A DNA stretch of 64,000 nt, taken from contig CAXYDN010000007.1 of the NCBI GenBank assembly GCA_964276145.1, positions 74,411 through 138,410 on the forward strand. Reading direction: 5' to 3'. The translations under genes and the position numbers were made by a program. The notes under the pieces were generated by a model, which saw only the letters and a list, made by a program, of their open reading frames with translations, searched no databases and was not told the origin of the DNA. This stretch comes from an uncultured SAR86 cluster bacterium (GTDB taxonomy: Bacteria; Pseudomonadota; Gammaproteobacteria; Magnimaribacterales; D2472). Shown one piece after another: positions 63,810 through 64,000 of the stretch (the first letter of the stretch is position 1; every line of letters begins with the position of its first letter).

Positions 63810-64000
63810 ATGAATATTTTGTGGATAAGTGATGGAAAGAAAGGCCATGAAAAACAAGTTGGGATACTATTAAATGAGATATCTAAAACAGAAAATATTG
63901 TCATTAAGAAAGAAATACTTTTGGTTAGCAAACTCTCACAATTAACAGAATTAGTAACATACTCAATCTCACTATTATTTGGAAACTTATTTTTGAATGG
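63810..64000 (+). CDS. ELM1/DUF1022-like putative glycosyltransferase, N-terminal fragment (runs off the window)
   Basis: My own translation MNILWISDGKKGHEKQVGIL resembles the SDGK.GHENQ start of the ELM1-like family. It is partial, so the call is low confidence. Confidence 0.4.
   Translation, partial: MNILWISDGKKGHEKQVGILLNEISKTENIVIKKEILLVSKLSQLTELVTYSISLLFGNLFLN

Overview
This is an AT-rich, very gene-dense chromosomal segment: about 70 protein genes, 3 tRNAs, spacers mostly under 100 bp, and many 1-11 bp gene overlaps. Gene order is gammaproteobacterial (rluC<>rne, rpmF-fabD-fabG-acpP-mltG-tmk-holB, mrp<>metG, rnt/grxD). Together with a TonB-dependent receptor, a GH16 laminarinase-like lipoprotein and a Na+/alanine symporter, this suggests a streamlined marine gammaproteobacterium. 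SAR86-like is only a guess.

Most of the window is housekeeping:
- a his operon: hisG, a hisD-IGPD fusion, hisH, hisA, hisF, hisIE
- fatty-acid, ACP and cell-envelope genes
- rne, nudC, nhaB, dusA, mlaA and metG
- an FNR / RnfB-like ferredoxin / rnt block
- pdxJ, panBCD and coaBC
- queF, tatD and an MMPL/RND exporter

No CRISPR array, transposase, integrase or rRNA was seen.

The parts that ordinary annotation does not explain are:
1. A five-gene minus-strand operon (37839-44747). It encodes a PF10118-like metalloprotein, two exported DUF3604/PHP-like paralogs, a parvulin-like protein and a HupE-type metal permease. It is divergent from an AraC regulator, with a 21-bp-phased direct repeat in the shared control region and a TonB-dependent receptor nearby.
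2. A small locus next to tRNA-Ser (49988-51478). It holds a mini-wHTH gene with a leaderless-type promoter, an orphan membrane protein, and a near-consensus LexA box placed exactly in the spacer of a TTTACA/TATAAT promoter driving an orphan 69-aa ORF. A 284-nt structured non-coding stretch follows and ends in a strong terminator only about 10 nt before an eamA-rhodanese pair.
3. An unusual his operon: a TrpR-like YerC/YecD gene translationally coupled to hisG, no leader peptide, and a hisD fused to IGP dehydratase.
4. Two roughly 92% identical tRNA-Arg genes that differ in anticodon (ACG vs UCG).
5. A frameshifted permease downstream of a MoxR-VWA pair.

All functional calls come from reading the translated ORFs and the DNA by eye. 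No database search was run.
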